64,000 nucleotides of DNA, from NCBI GenBank assembly GCA_013239625.1, contig MU053645.1, positions 434,001 through 498,000 of the forward strand. The letters are read 5' to 3'. Made by a program: the position numbers and the translations under genes. The DNA comes from Lama guanicoe. Taxonomy: Eukaryota. Shown here one piece after another: positions 25,660 to 36,880 of this stretch. How positions within the stretch are numbered: position 1 is the first letter of the stretch; each line of letters starts with the position of its first letter. Below the pieces are notes generated by a model. It was given only the letters and a program-made list of their open reading frames with translations, did no database searches and had not been told where the DNA came from.

Positions 25660-25830
25660 TGAATCCATGTATCAAGTGCTTACCACGTGACAGGGATTTT
25701 GTGTATATTATGATTCTCCCCAACAGCACTGTAAGGTAGTCTTAGGAACCCTATTTCATAGATCTGGCAACAGCATTAGAGGACTTAGGTGAAAAGTTTA
25801 TGTTCTTTTTCCTGCACTATATGTTATGCT
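25660..25830 (-). mobile_element. MIR fragment
   Basis: ATGTATCAAGTGCTTACCACGTG...CCCCAACAGCACTGTAAGGTAG...CCCTATTTCATAGAT. Confidence 0.7.
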
Positions 25831-25907
25831 ACTGAAGCGCTGGAATGTTCATTAGGTCTAGCTTGTGACTTTAGTCACTTGTGAAGTCAGCTGACAGAGT
25901 CGTGGGA

Positions 25908-26330
25908 TGTGTTGGGTCAGGTCCTCTGAGAAGCAGATGCAATGGCAGGATTAGACATGCCAGAGCTTTCTGGGGGGAGGGAGTGACTGGTGAAGCGAAA
26001 CAGGGAGAAGACAGGGAAGGCTGGGAGAGCCAACTGACAGTGATGCAGTTCTGACCCTTGTAGAGGAGAGAGGGAAGAAAGGACGATTAGGTAATAAGAG
26101 TTTTAAACTGCAAGAGAAATTCTAAGAAAGTTTTGGCAGAGCCAATGGGGAATCCTTGAGCTGGAGTCATCCAGCAGAGGAGTTCTGCACCTCTCAAGAA
26201 GAGGCCTGCCCCAGTGTCCTTGTCATGCTCAGTCATCAGCTGGGGACAGCCTGTGAGAAGTGTGGCTCCTAACAGAGCAGTAGATTCTGTCCAGTATGTT
26301 CCCTGAGAGGCAGATTTTTATTGTTGCCAT
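25908..26330 (-). mobile_element. ERVL solo LTR (LTR16-like)
   Basis: TGTGTTGGGTCAGGTCCTCTGAGAAGCAGATGC...TGATGCAGTTCTGACC...GGAGAGAGGGAAG...CCAATGGGGAATCCTTGAGC...TGCTCAGTCATCAGCTGGG. Confidence 0.75.
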
Positions 26331-26529
26331 GGAGATATAGGCTTGTCTCCATTCAGGGCTCTATTAGAGGCCTTTGACCTAATTAGGAAGGTACATTTGC
26401 CCGCATTTTACAAACCAAACTCTTTTGAGGGCAGGGATTTTGTCTTACTCGTTTTTGTGTCTTTCATAGCACCTGGTTAGGTACAAAATAGAATATGGAC
26501 TGACTAGGACTTGGCCAGCAGCAGTCTGC

Positions 26530-26700
26530 CTTCTTGCAAAGTAATAAAAATGATTTGATGACATTTTGCAAAAATGGCACGATGATTTCCTTAAATGGCT
26601 CCTAAAATGACTAGCCCTAAAAAGGCAAAGCTGACAAATCCTGCTAATTACGATTACAATCATTAAGAATAAGAGTGGTAATTATAATTCTCTGCCCTTC
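26530..26700. promoter_or_regulatory. Candidate enhancer rich in homeodomain/TALE motifs
   Basis: GTAATAAAA (26541), TGATTTGATGACA (26551), CTGACA (26631) and TAATTA twice (26645, 26679) in unique sequence. Motif evidence only. Confidence 0.35.
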
Positions 26701-27244
26701 CTAATCTAGCCCCTTGTCACAGGATGCAAAGCCTCAGGATTTGAACTATTGGATAAAGTGTCACAAAATTACTGATAAACCAATGCACACAAACCCAGAC
26801 AGACACACATATGCACACACACTCACCCTACCACACACTGCTGCGATCTAATTTTGACTTCATATATTATAGCCAGGCCTTCAGTCTGGAGTGCAAAGCA
26901 GCTCTGAATGCACAGGAGAACTTCCCTCACCCCCAGGGTCACTATTAAAGTGAGAGAGAGAGCTTAGGAAAGCTCCTGGGTGCCCAGGGTGACATCAAGT
27001 CTGTCACAGGCAGAAAAGATGGCAGGGAGAGAGAAGTAAGGTGTCTGGGAGAGTCGAAGTTAAGAAGAGCAAGAGAGACAACAACAGAGGAGAAGGAGAG
27101 GAAATTAAGCTGAACTTATGCTGGAGACCCTAGTACATGTACAATAATGACCTTGGGGTTGATGGGACAGGCCAAGGCTGCCAGTGACCGCAGATGCAAG
27201 AACTCAGTGGTTTAGACAATCAACCCGAATAAATACCACCCATA

Positions 27245-27500
27245 GTATAAGTGACTGTACGTTGAACACTCGTGCCAGGCTCTGTGGTGTGCTAAGCACT
27301 TTACTTGTGTTATTTCGAATAATTATTTTAATACAGCTTCCTGTGAAATAGATACTAATATACTCCCATTTTCAGATGAAGCAGCTAATCCTTCAAAGAT
27401 ATTAACTACCTTGTGGAAGGTCATGCAGCTAATAAATGGCAGAGCTCAGATGGGAACCCAGTTCAGTTAGGTGCATTTACCCTCCACACTACTTTGCTTC
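27245..27500 (-). mobile_element. MIR SINE
   Basis: GTGCCAGGCTCTGTG..TGCTAAGCACTTTAC...CCCATTTTCAGATGAAG..GGTCATGCAGCTAATAAATGGCAGAGC. Confidence 0.85.
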
Positions 27501-28929
27501 CTCGCCTATCAGGACTATCTAGATTATCAGGACTATTTATATTACTTTACATTTGGGACTTTGGGTCATTAGCTAAGATTAGACACGGTGCCTTCTATTA
27601 AAAACCACAAAATTTTACCATCTGATTAGAGAAAGTACACTCAACACAAAAAACACAACACACAAAGAGCAACACAGGAAGCCCCAAATGACAAAAGTGT
27701 ATTGAGAGAAGGGAATCATTATGGCAGGTAGGAGATCAGGCTGGGTCTACTGGGCAAAGCTTCCTGAGGACGTGGCAACCTTAAGCCACACAATCCAAGA
27801 GAGAAGAAAAGACACTGTGGCTAGATGTTCAGGACATTTTATGAGAATAAATGATGCAGGACTTGCTGCAGGGCTGCCTGGGAAAGGAGTGCTGAAAACT
27901 CAGACATGAGGCCTGAGAACTTGTTTCTGAAACAAGAGGTATGGTGGAAAAGCTTGCTTGAATATCTAACACTGTCAATACGAGCCAGACAGGTCATCAT
28001 CAGAAAGTGTTACCACTGGGTGGGATCAAATCACCAGCACAAATGGCACCCTCTTGAGCAGTTTCAGCCAGATGCCAAAGGCTGACTGGGCATGAAAGGT
28101 GGCAGATGGACAGTGCCGAAAAGGAGCTTGCCCAGCTGCTGACACTGTGTAAAACTTTGTCCAGCTGTGAAACTTTTTCTGAGCCAGAGCAGATAAAATT
28201 CTGGGACCATCAACATCAGTCCAATTTTCTTGCAAAAAAGCAAAGAGCCAGAAGCATGATCCAAGGAGGGCTCATATTTTAACTATTTTCTACCAGCCCC
28301 TGTGGTGTTTTGTCTTCTGTCCCTGGTCCTTTCCATGGATTTGACCCATCTCTGTAATATACGGAAGGGAACACACAAGCCCAGGCGTCAGCAATATCCC
28401 TCTGCCTCAGGTCTTTATTCTCTTACTTCCCTGCTTGCCCATTTCGACCAGATCTGCTTTTCCCTGACTCTCAGACCCAAACAGCCCTACTCTCTGGCCA
28501 CTAACACTTGCCTTAGGCCTTCCTTGCTTTAACATCCTATTTAGACTTGTTTCTCTGGCTTGTTTACTTTAGCTCTCTGTAAACAATTTTCAACTTTGCA
28601 CACACCATGAGCATCACAAACACCTGCAAGTGTGGGCAAGAGACAGTCCTGCCACCCACCCCAACCCTGTAGGGCCCACACTAGTTGTGCCAGCTTCTTT
28701 GGAATCCTTGCCAAGATGAGAGGTGGGACACCTGGCACAGAGGAAGATTTCTCCATTGCAAAGGCAGTTTAAAAAATCCAAAATTGTACTTGGTTGCATG
28801 TTCAGGCATTTAAAGGCCCAAAGGGGAATTATGGGGGACATAGCCTTGTCAGTCAAGATGATTAATTCTAAGGTGTAAAAGGGGATTGTGTTTCGAGCAG
28901 AGCGGGTGATGGCAGCATGCCCACAGAGA

Positions 28930-29110
28930 CAGTTGTGATACAGTGGAAAGAAAACTGGCCTAGGTGTCAGGAGACCTGGGTTCTCGCCAAAATCAGCTAT
29001 GAATAGTTGTGTGAACTTGGGTCGGTCCTGTCCCCTCTCTGGGCCTTGGTTTTCTTATCTAATATAGAAAGTATCCGATTAAATGACCTTCTGGGGTCAA
29101 TTTCACATCT
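28930..29110 (+). mobile_element. MIR (MIRc/MIR3-like)
   Basis: CAGTGGAAAGAAAACTGGCCTAGGTGTCAGGAGACCTGGGTTCT...TGTGTGAACTTGGG...CTCTCTGGGCCTTGGTTTTCTTATCT. Confidence 0.8.
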
Positions 29111-29929
29111 CATCATCTAGGACTAATTGGTTGCTTAACAGGCAAGTGGAGAGGGCAGGAATTATTCTTTGTGGATGCCTTGATTGCCAATGAAGCAGCT
29201 TTATTGTTGGAAAATAAAAGCAACAAATTACAAAGCTGAATAACAGATATCAGGAACTGGACATTGGTTGTGTGTGTGGGTTGGGGACAGGGAAGTACAG
29301 TTGGTGAGGAGTAACTTGTTTGGAGCAAAGACTTCTGGTAGACCAAAAGTCCCCAAACAGGGTTTGTAATGAAGCTGGAATATATGTGAGTAATGATGTT
29401 TAAGTGATGGTGTTTAAGAAACTGAAGTGGCTAGGTTGATGTGCAATGCCTTTTCTGCTAGTCTACCATTACTTGTAATTCTCACACTTTGTTTGTGTGT
29501 GTTATGTCAGAAAGCAAGTATATCGCTAGGGAAGTATGCACACAAAGCCAGAATTGATCGTTTATACCCGAGCACAATCTAATTTCTTCAGGTTAGCCAA
29601 TAACCTAGCAGGGCTCAGAGGGCATGGGATGCAAGATAGGTAAATGCTGATGGGGGCAGGGGTGGTGGGGAGTGAGGGCAGGGGTTTGGGTATGCAGAGG
29701 AAAGTGGATCAGAATGTAGGGCACTACTTAGGAGTAAAGAGTGTAACACATCCTGCCCTTCTTCCCTAGTAGGGACCCCTAGGCAGTCAGTGAATACTGT
29801 GAGGATATAAGGAACTTGAAGAAACCTTGTGGCATTAAAGAGGGAACAATACACAGAAAGGGTCAGAAAGTGAAAGCAGAGGTACAAGCTTTGTAAATAT
29901 CACTTATAGGCACACACAAATAAAAGTTC

Positions 29930-30950
29930 AAGCGTTTCTCTTGAGCTTCACACCCATGTATTCAATTACATAATGGATGTCTTTATCTGGGTGTCCCACT
30001 AAGCCCCTCAAAAACAATAAAAGGTATCACTGGCATCCATAAAGATTTTGTATTTTCCAGTTTGGTTGATGGGACCACCTCTAATTACCTTGACATGCAA
30101 GTCAGAAATGCAGAATTTCTTCCAGAATTTTTCCTTTTCTTCAACACTTCATCTCCCTTTCAACCATTACCAAATCCTTAGATCTAAGTATTTTCTTTTA
30201 AACAATTCAAATATTTATTACCTCTTCCCCATTCTCTCTGCCATTGACTTAGTTCAAGTCCATCTTGCTTAAGGTCTGGATCATAGCAACAGCTTCCCAA
30301 CACTGATCTGCCTAAACCCAGTCTTCTCCCACAGTAATGCTCTCAGATCCTCCATAATGCTGTCAAAGTAATCTAAGACACAATTCTAATCAGGTCACAA
30401 CTTTGCACATCACCACTGACTCCCACTTGCCTAAAGCATAAACCCCAAACTCCATTACATGGCTTATAAGGCCTGATTTGGCATTTGTCTACCTCTCTAT
30501 GCTTGTCATCCATCACTTTCCTGTGCATTTCCCATATTCTTATTTGCATCAAATTATTACTTATCTTTTCCCAAACTTGCAATGCTAATTCATGTCAATG
30601 TGCCTTTAAATCTGCAAACTCCTCTATCCATCACCCATTTTGGGCTAGCTAACTTCTCACCCTTTAGGGCTTACTCAGGTATCAGCTCCTCAAGGAAGCC
30701 TGTATCTCTGCCCACTCTGACCGTCCCCCTAATAGGTATGCTTCCGCTGTGTTCTCACAGAATCTTATGTTTAGTTCTGCCATAGTCCTCGTCAAGGTAT
30801 CAAGAATTTCTGTTTATTTTTCTGGCCTCTCTACTAGCTTGTGAGCTCCTCAGACAAAGGCTACATCTTATCATCTCTATATCCCGTACCTAGTAGAGTA
30901 CCTAGCACAGAGTAGGTATTTTAATAAATGCTTGCTGAATGGAGGAATAA
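29930..30950 (+). mobile_element. L2 LINE 3' ~1 kb
   Basis: GGATCATAGCAACAGCTTCC...CCCAAACTCCATTACATGGCTTATAAGGCCTG...TCCTCAAGGAAGCCT...CTAGCTTGTGAGCTCCT...CCTAGCACAGAGTAGGTATTTTAATAAATGCTTGCTGAATG. Confidence 0.85.
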
Positions 30951-31266
30951 ACAATGGGACCTAAGGTATTTATTTAAAAATAAATCGTTGGATCTCTTAT
31001 TCTAACCAGAAAAAAAGCTTTCAAGGGCAAATTAAGGATTTTGTGGGTAGACATATCAACTCAAGAAAATCTATTTCCCAATGGCCTCACAACCTTACAG
31101 GCTGAATACATTGCAGAACCTGAGATACTAGCCTAGAGTTCCCCCATCCTAAGTATTCAGAGCCTAATTCTACCTACTTGAGCTTAATTTTCATGAGTTT
31201 ATCATCAATTCTCTTTATAAAGACTACCCAATTAGGGTTCCCGCAGCACTGGCAGTGGTATTGCTG

Positions 31267-31279
31267 CACCTGTCAATCA
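31267..31279 (-). promoter_or_regulatory. Perfect PBX-MEIS/PREP decamer (TGATTGACAG) overlapping an E-box (CACCTG)
   Basis: CACCTGTCAATCA at 31267-31279 in unique sequence, with several retained CpGs nearby. Confidence 0.4.
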
Positions 31280-34200
31280 GCTCCAGCCATTAACAGATTA
31301 GTCGGGAAGTACGAGAGCCTGGGTTTAAGGGAGAGGAAGAAACACAAATGGTCGAACTTGTTTGGCTGTCTTAATATTTTTTTTTCCTGAAAAAAAAAGC
31401 TTTGTGTACCTTAATGATCAATCCTTACATTATCTTTTAGAACTTCTGAAATGGTTTGGGACTTTTAGGCAAATAACTTGTTGGTCCACCCTAGTCTTTT
31501 TGGTCACTTCTGTGCACAATGAAAGCCAACACTATCAGCAGTTTAATCTCTGAGACAAAAATCTGGCTGATATGATCCTCTTGGATCCTCAGTGGATGTG
31601 GGTATTTTGAGCCTGTTGCAGCATTATTTGTAGTTACTGCACAAGAGAAAATAGACTGAAATAGCAAGAGAATTCCTGTCGTGGCTGGTACAGAGGGGTG
31701 GCAGTGAGAAGGGGTTTTGCATTAAGTCTGTGACTGGTCCATGCTGGTGCTAGGCATTCCTGAGCAGCTAGGCCACTAAACGTTTTCTGCAAATTTTTTT
31801 TTCAAGTTAGTTCTTGGCCTTAATTTAAATTCCTAACAGAAACCTGAATGAATTTCGATATGAGTTATATCAACAGTAACAATTACTAAAATCTCCTCCC
31901 ATATATTTCACAAAATTTGAGTTATTCCTATAGTCTTCAGCCAGATATAAAACATGATGGATATGGATTGATAGATATGGTTGTGGCTTTTCCCAGATTG
32001 TCTTTGGAGCTTTAGCAGATATAAATGATGGTAAAGGGCAAACACCAAGTTTGACATGACTTGACTGGCTATAATGAGAAACCAATGACTCCGCAGAGGA
32101 CTATGAAAAATAGAATGCCATATGGTAGCTGTCACTTCTGCCAATAGGCTTCATACCTTGGGTATTTTAAACTCATGCCTTTTTTGTGTTTGTGGAGATT
32201 TTTCTTTTTAAATTTTTTGTGGGGGGTTCAAAGAGAGAGGTGAGGGAAATAGATGACCAGGAGATTACAGCTGGAAAAAAATGGAGCTGGGACTAGATAG
32301 TTATTCTAGAATAAAGATGAGCAATGATTATTGGTATGAAGGTAGAGTAAATTGTAAAATTAAAAACTTTATAAGGGGAGAACAATTAACTGTACTTTTC
32401 TAGGAGGGTTCACCCTGTTTTAGACTCTCTATCTCCGTAAGACATTATCTTTAATTCCAAGTACAGAGCTCCTCTGCTTTCAGATCTGTTCTAGATTTTC
32501 TGTTACCCTTTTAGAATTTCTATTTTCAGTATCTTCTTAATGGTGACATTCTGAGTGCCGCACAAATGTTCACATCTTCCCTGTGCTGGATTTCACAAGA
32601 GCAAAGAATTAACTTGGCTGTGCATGGAAAATGCCCAGTGGAGAGTTAGGGTAGGTTGTGTCCCATGCAATGCAGTAAGTCCCTAATGGTTCTTATGTGA
32701 GGATTAATAAGGTTACAATCATGATAGTAGATTTATTTAAGAAATAAGTGTTTGAAAATCCTAAATTGATATAGCATGGAGTTATCCAGAATGATCTTAT
32801 ATTTGAAATAATTACTGACTTTTCTCCTAAGCACCAACCTGACAACATCCATACTAAACTGAATATTAACTAGGAAAATGTACAAGAAAAGGAAAAATAA
32901 ACCTCCCCAAACAAAACTTATATTTCTACTTAGATTCCATCGGTGGCTAAATTGTTTAACATTCTATTTGCTAATTCAGGTTTAGAAATGAAATAATGAT
33001 TTGATCACTAATGTAATTTTCTTCTCTATTACTTTTCCATAAGGCATTGCTCCTGGAAGTTTCTGGACAAAGAATAAGGGAAAAATACGAACCAGGTCAA
33101 CATAAAAGCCTGAGCCAGATCAGGGGGAATCCCAGAATATAAATAAAAAAGGTCTGTTCTGTTCAAAAGTAAGTCTATCCGACACCATACATGGTTCCCA
33201 CTGTGCACAAAATCTCAGCTACCAAAACCAAAATATTTCATTTTTAATAAGCTTTCACTCAATTGCAATTCAGTTTCCTCCAACAGTTTTAATTATTTAA
33301 AATTATATTGCTTTTTTTCTTTCCCTTGAAGAGCCATATTCGAAGCAGTTGTTCATTTCAAATGCTTTTGTATGGAGTAGAATTGTGCTTCTTCCACACC
33401 ATAGAAGGGGCTTCGAAAGCAGGAAGCCTACCCAGGTGCAAGATAAAATTGTCAGTGTTTCAGGGCTAATGAATCTGTAGGTGACCTGGGGATGATAGAG
33501 AAGATGCTTAGAATTTTCAGGGTTAAAGATCTCCATCTTCTCCCTTCAGACTGACAAACCATCCAGGGTATGTGGCTGTCTCTTTCCCCCTTCAAATTGT
33601 CTTTAGTAAGGAGTTTTTTTTAAGTCCTTTGCCCAAACAGCAAGAATAGCCACATCAAATAAACAATTAAAACAAAACAAAATCAGAGGCCTTTTCAAAA
33701 TCTCCAGGACTACAAAATCCATAATGTTTTCCAGTTCGGCCAAACCCATTATTTTATTTAGCTGATGTTCTTCCTTATGTCTAGCCATCGTCTTTCCTGC
33801 TTCAATTTATGGATAGTCCCTTTTGTTAAGAAAAGGAAAATAGGTAAATTTAAAAGACAAACTATTCAAGCTGAGTGTTTTCTACAGTATATCCAAGTCT
33901 GCAAATGAATGGATATGGGGGCAATGCCAAATAATTTAACACTAAGACGGACAATTGCCATTCAGATTTTCTTCAGAGGCCAAGCATCACGCCAGGACAG
34001 AGCGATGCAATGGTGTGTGTCTGATCAGATCGAGGAAGTCATTTCAGAATTTCCTCTTTATAAAATTTAAATTTAGTTTTCAGTTTCCTAGAGTGCCTAT
34101 TCCAGATGGGCCAAGTGGTTCAGATAAAATAGAAACTGACCTACAATCGCTCTCCAGTTTTGAGGAAAGGAGAAATGGAGCTTGGGTGAGGTTGTTTTTT

Positions 34201-34669
34201 ATTTCTAACTGTCTCTGCACTGAAGTGGGATATATGCACTCCCTTTTCATGTGGAAAAAGGTGCAAGAATAAAGCCTGAAACAATACAGTGGTACATATG
34301 CAGAGAGAAGCTTTCTTCCCAGTAGGCAGAAAGCTCTAACAGCTGGGTAGCTCCTCCTTCTTCTAGCCCCTCTCCACTTTTCTGTCTGCTTTCTCACCAT
34401 CCCAACCATGAAAAAGGGAAAGTTACCCATTTAGACTATAATTTGGAACTAATAGCCCTTATCTTCTCCTACTACCTAATAACCCAGAGGTTAGATTTAG
34501 AGCCATTTTGTATACCATCCCCCTTAAACCTTCAGCTCAGTGACCTTGATGTCAGACATTGAGGATGAAGCCAGGGTGGTGAGTTGCAGCTGTTGCCTGT
34601 AATGTGATCCCTTAGGGGAATGCCTGGCCCCTTGTGTAGGTCCCCATAAAAGCAACAGTACAAGGTCAA

Positions 34670-34940
34670 AACTCATCTCAAATATCACCTCCTTTGGGAG
34701 CCTTCCCTGCACCCCACCCCCGTCTCCAGTCTCCTCACCCAGCGCTGCAGGGTTTCATGGTTTTTACCTCTATCACAGCATTCATCATGCTACCCTATAC
34801 TGTGTTAATTTCCCTGCCTCCTCTATTAGGCTGTGAGATCTTTGGGGACGTAAAGTCTGCCTTTTATCTCTGTATCTCCAATGCCTACCATGGAATCTGG
34901 CACATAACAGACTTTCAATAAATGTTTGCTGAATGAATGC
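34670..34940 (+). mobile_element. L2 3' end
   Basis: CTCAAATATCACCTCCTTTGGGAGCCTTCCCTG...AGGCTGTGAGATC...TCTGGCACATAACAGACTTTCAATAAATGTTTGCTGAATGAATG. Confidence 0.9.
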
Positions 34941-35329
34941 CAGGTTCACTCTAACATGGTCTGTATCTGAGTGTCACAGGTGGGGGTGTATGTGAATTTC
35001 TTCTCTGTTTGCAACATTGCTTGCTTCAAAAATTTAACTATTATAGATTTAACATACTATCTAATACCTTAGCACCTCTAATTTATTCATTATTTACAAT
35101 TTCTAATTCATTTAGTATTTCATATTAATCTCACATTTTAATTACTATACTTATGTGAAGAAAGGTTCATATAATATATATCAATTATAATTGATAAGTA
35201 ATTATACTTAGCCAGAGTAAGGTGTTAACTGAATCAGACACAGGGAAGGCACATTTTTATAGGCTCAAAGAGAGGAGAAAAAGTTAGGAAAATCGGTTAC
35301 CTAATAAATTTCTTTCTTCTTCCTAAATT

Positions 35330-36880
35330 TCTTTCTTCTTTCTGTCTTCCTCTCCACTGGCTACTCTCCAGCCAACAATAGGTTCAGTCCTCCCCTATCC
35401 TAAAAGAAACTTTCTTTGACTCTTCTTTTCCCTTAGGCTACCCTCCCCCACTGTTTACCTTCCTTTGTGAACCCTTCTAAATTGCAGACAGAATAAGTTG
35501 ATACCTATAACCTCCACTGTCTTACCACCCACTCATTCCACAGTCATTCTCACATCTGGCCTCTCCTTTCCAATCAATCTTTGCTATTTGATTCCTATCT
35601 TATTACTCTGCTGAAACCTCTCCCTCAAAGGTGACCATAAATTCAATGGCAGTAGATCTTAGAGATTAAGAACATGGGCTTCAGAGTTAAACAGATTTGG
35701 GTTTATGTCCAGGCTGTACCTCTTAACTAGCTATGAGGCCTTGATCAAGTTTCCTACCCTGTCTAAACTTCAGTTTCCTCATCTTTAAAATGAGAGTAAA
35801 TAACAGTCCCTAACTCATAAGGGGTTCTGAGGATTAAATGGGACAATTCCTGTAAAGTGCTTAGCACAGTAACTGGAGCATAAGAAGTGATCAAAAGTGG
35901 TAGCAATTTAGCCTGCTGTAAGTCCTGATTCTCTCCAGTTTTTATAGTATTTTATGCTAGAGACTAAACAATTTCTTCTGGAACCCTGACCTTCCGTGGC
36001 ATCTACCAAACTTGAAACCTCTGGTTTTCCTCTCACCAGCCTAACTGCTTTCCACACTGCTGACGACTCTTCCTCCTTTTACACCAGCAGTGTAATCATG
36101 TCCTAAGATTCTGTTCTTAACTTATTCTTTTTTCCTTCTCAATCTCTCCCTCAATGAAGATGGAAATATGGGTCTTGGATTCAAGAGAAGGTTATTGCAA
36201 GTCTACGGCCACACTCATCATCTTTCCTTCTACACTGGCTTTCCTCCTGCCTTAGCTCTTTGTGTCACTAGCATCACAGATCTGGCTTTGTTGCAGCTAA
36301 CCTGTACCATTTGCAACCCTCTAAATACACCATACACACTTAAAGCCTCCACAGTTTTGCTTGTACTGGCTTATTGGTTAAAATCCAATGCATTCCTCAA
36401 AGATCATCTTAAATAATATCTCTTCTGTGAAATGTTTCCTATCAACCTGAGTCTGGAATAACTCTAGTTCTACTGCTTTCTAGCTGTGTGATCAGGGGAA
36501 AGTTACTAAATCACCCAGCTTCAATTTCTTCACTCAGAATATGAGGATAATAATGATCCCCAACTGATCAAGCTGATGTGAGGATTAAATTAAATTTAAA
36601 AATGCATAAAAAGGTGCTTTGCATAGCTACTCATATAATAACCTTAATAGATCCTAGTAGTTACTACTACGGGTATTACCGTATCTTCATGTGGAACTCC
36701 AGAGCAATTGAGTTCTGCTTCTTCTATTGAGTTTTTCCTAATTCTAACTTTTGTTAGGACTATTTCTTTATATGGTGGACACATGTCATTAACCCCCTCC
36801 AACTATTATACCATAAGGACAAGAATCATGTCTTCCTTATCTTACTGTATAGGGGCTCAATGTGTTTTGTGTTGAATTTA
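35330..36880 (+). mobile_element. L2 fragment interrupted by two MIRs (~35648-35905 and ~36448-36670)
   Basis: The L2 body (CTCTGCTGAAACCTCTCCCTCAAAGGTGACC) resumes after each MIR. The MIR cores CTTCAGTTTCCTCATCTTTAAAATGAG..GAGGATTAAATG are clear. Confidence 0.75.

Noticed and set aside
33124..33133. NF-kB consensus GGGGAATCCC
   Set aside because: A single isolated match to a degenerate 10-mer, expected by chance in 64 kb.
35305..35340. Short tandem duplication (similar ones at ~27507-27537 and ~2261-2288)
   Set aside because: Ordinary 11-17-bp slippage duplications with no further structure.
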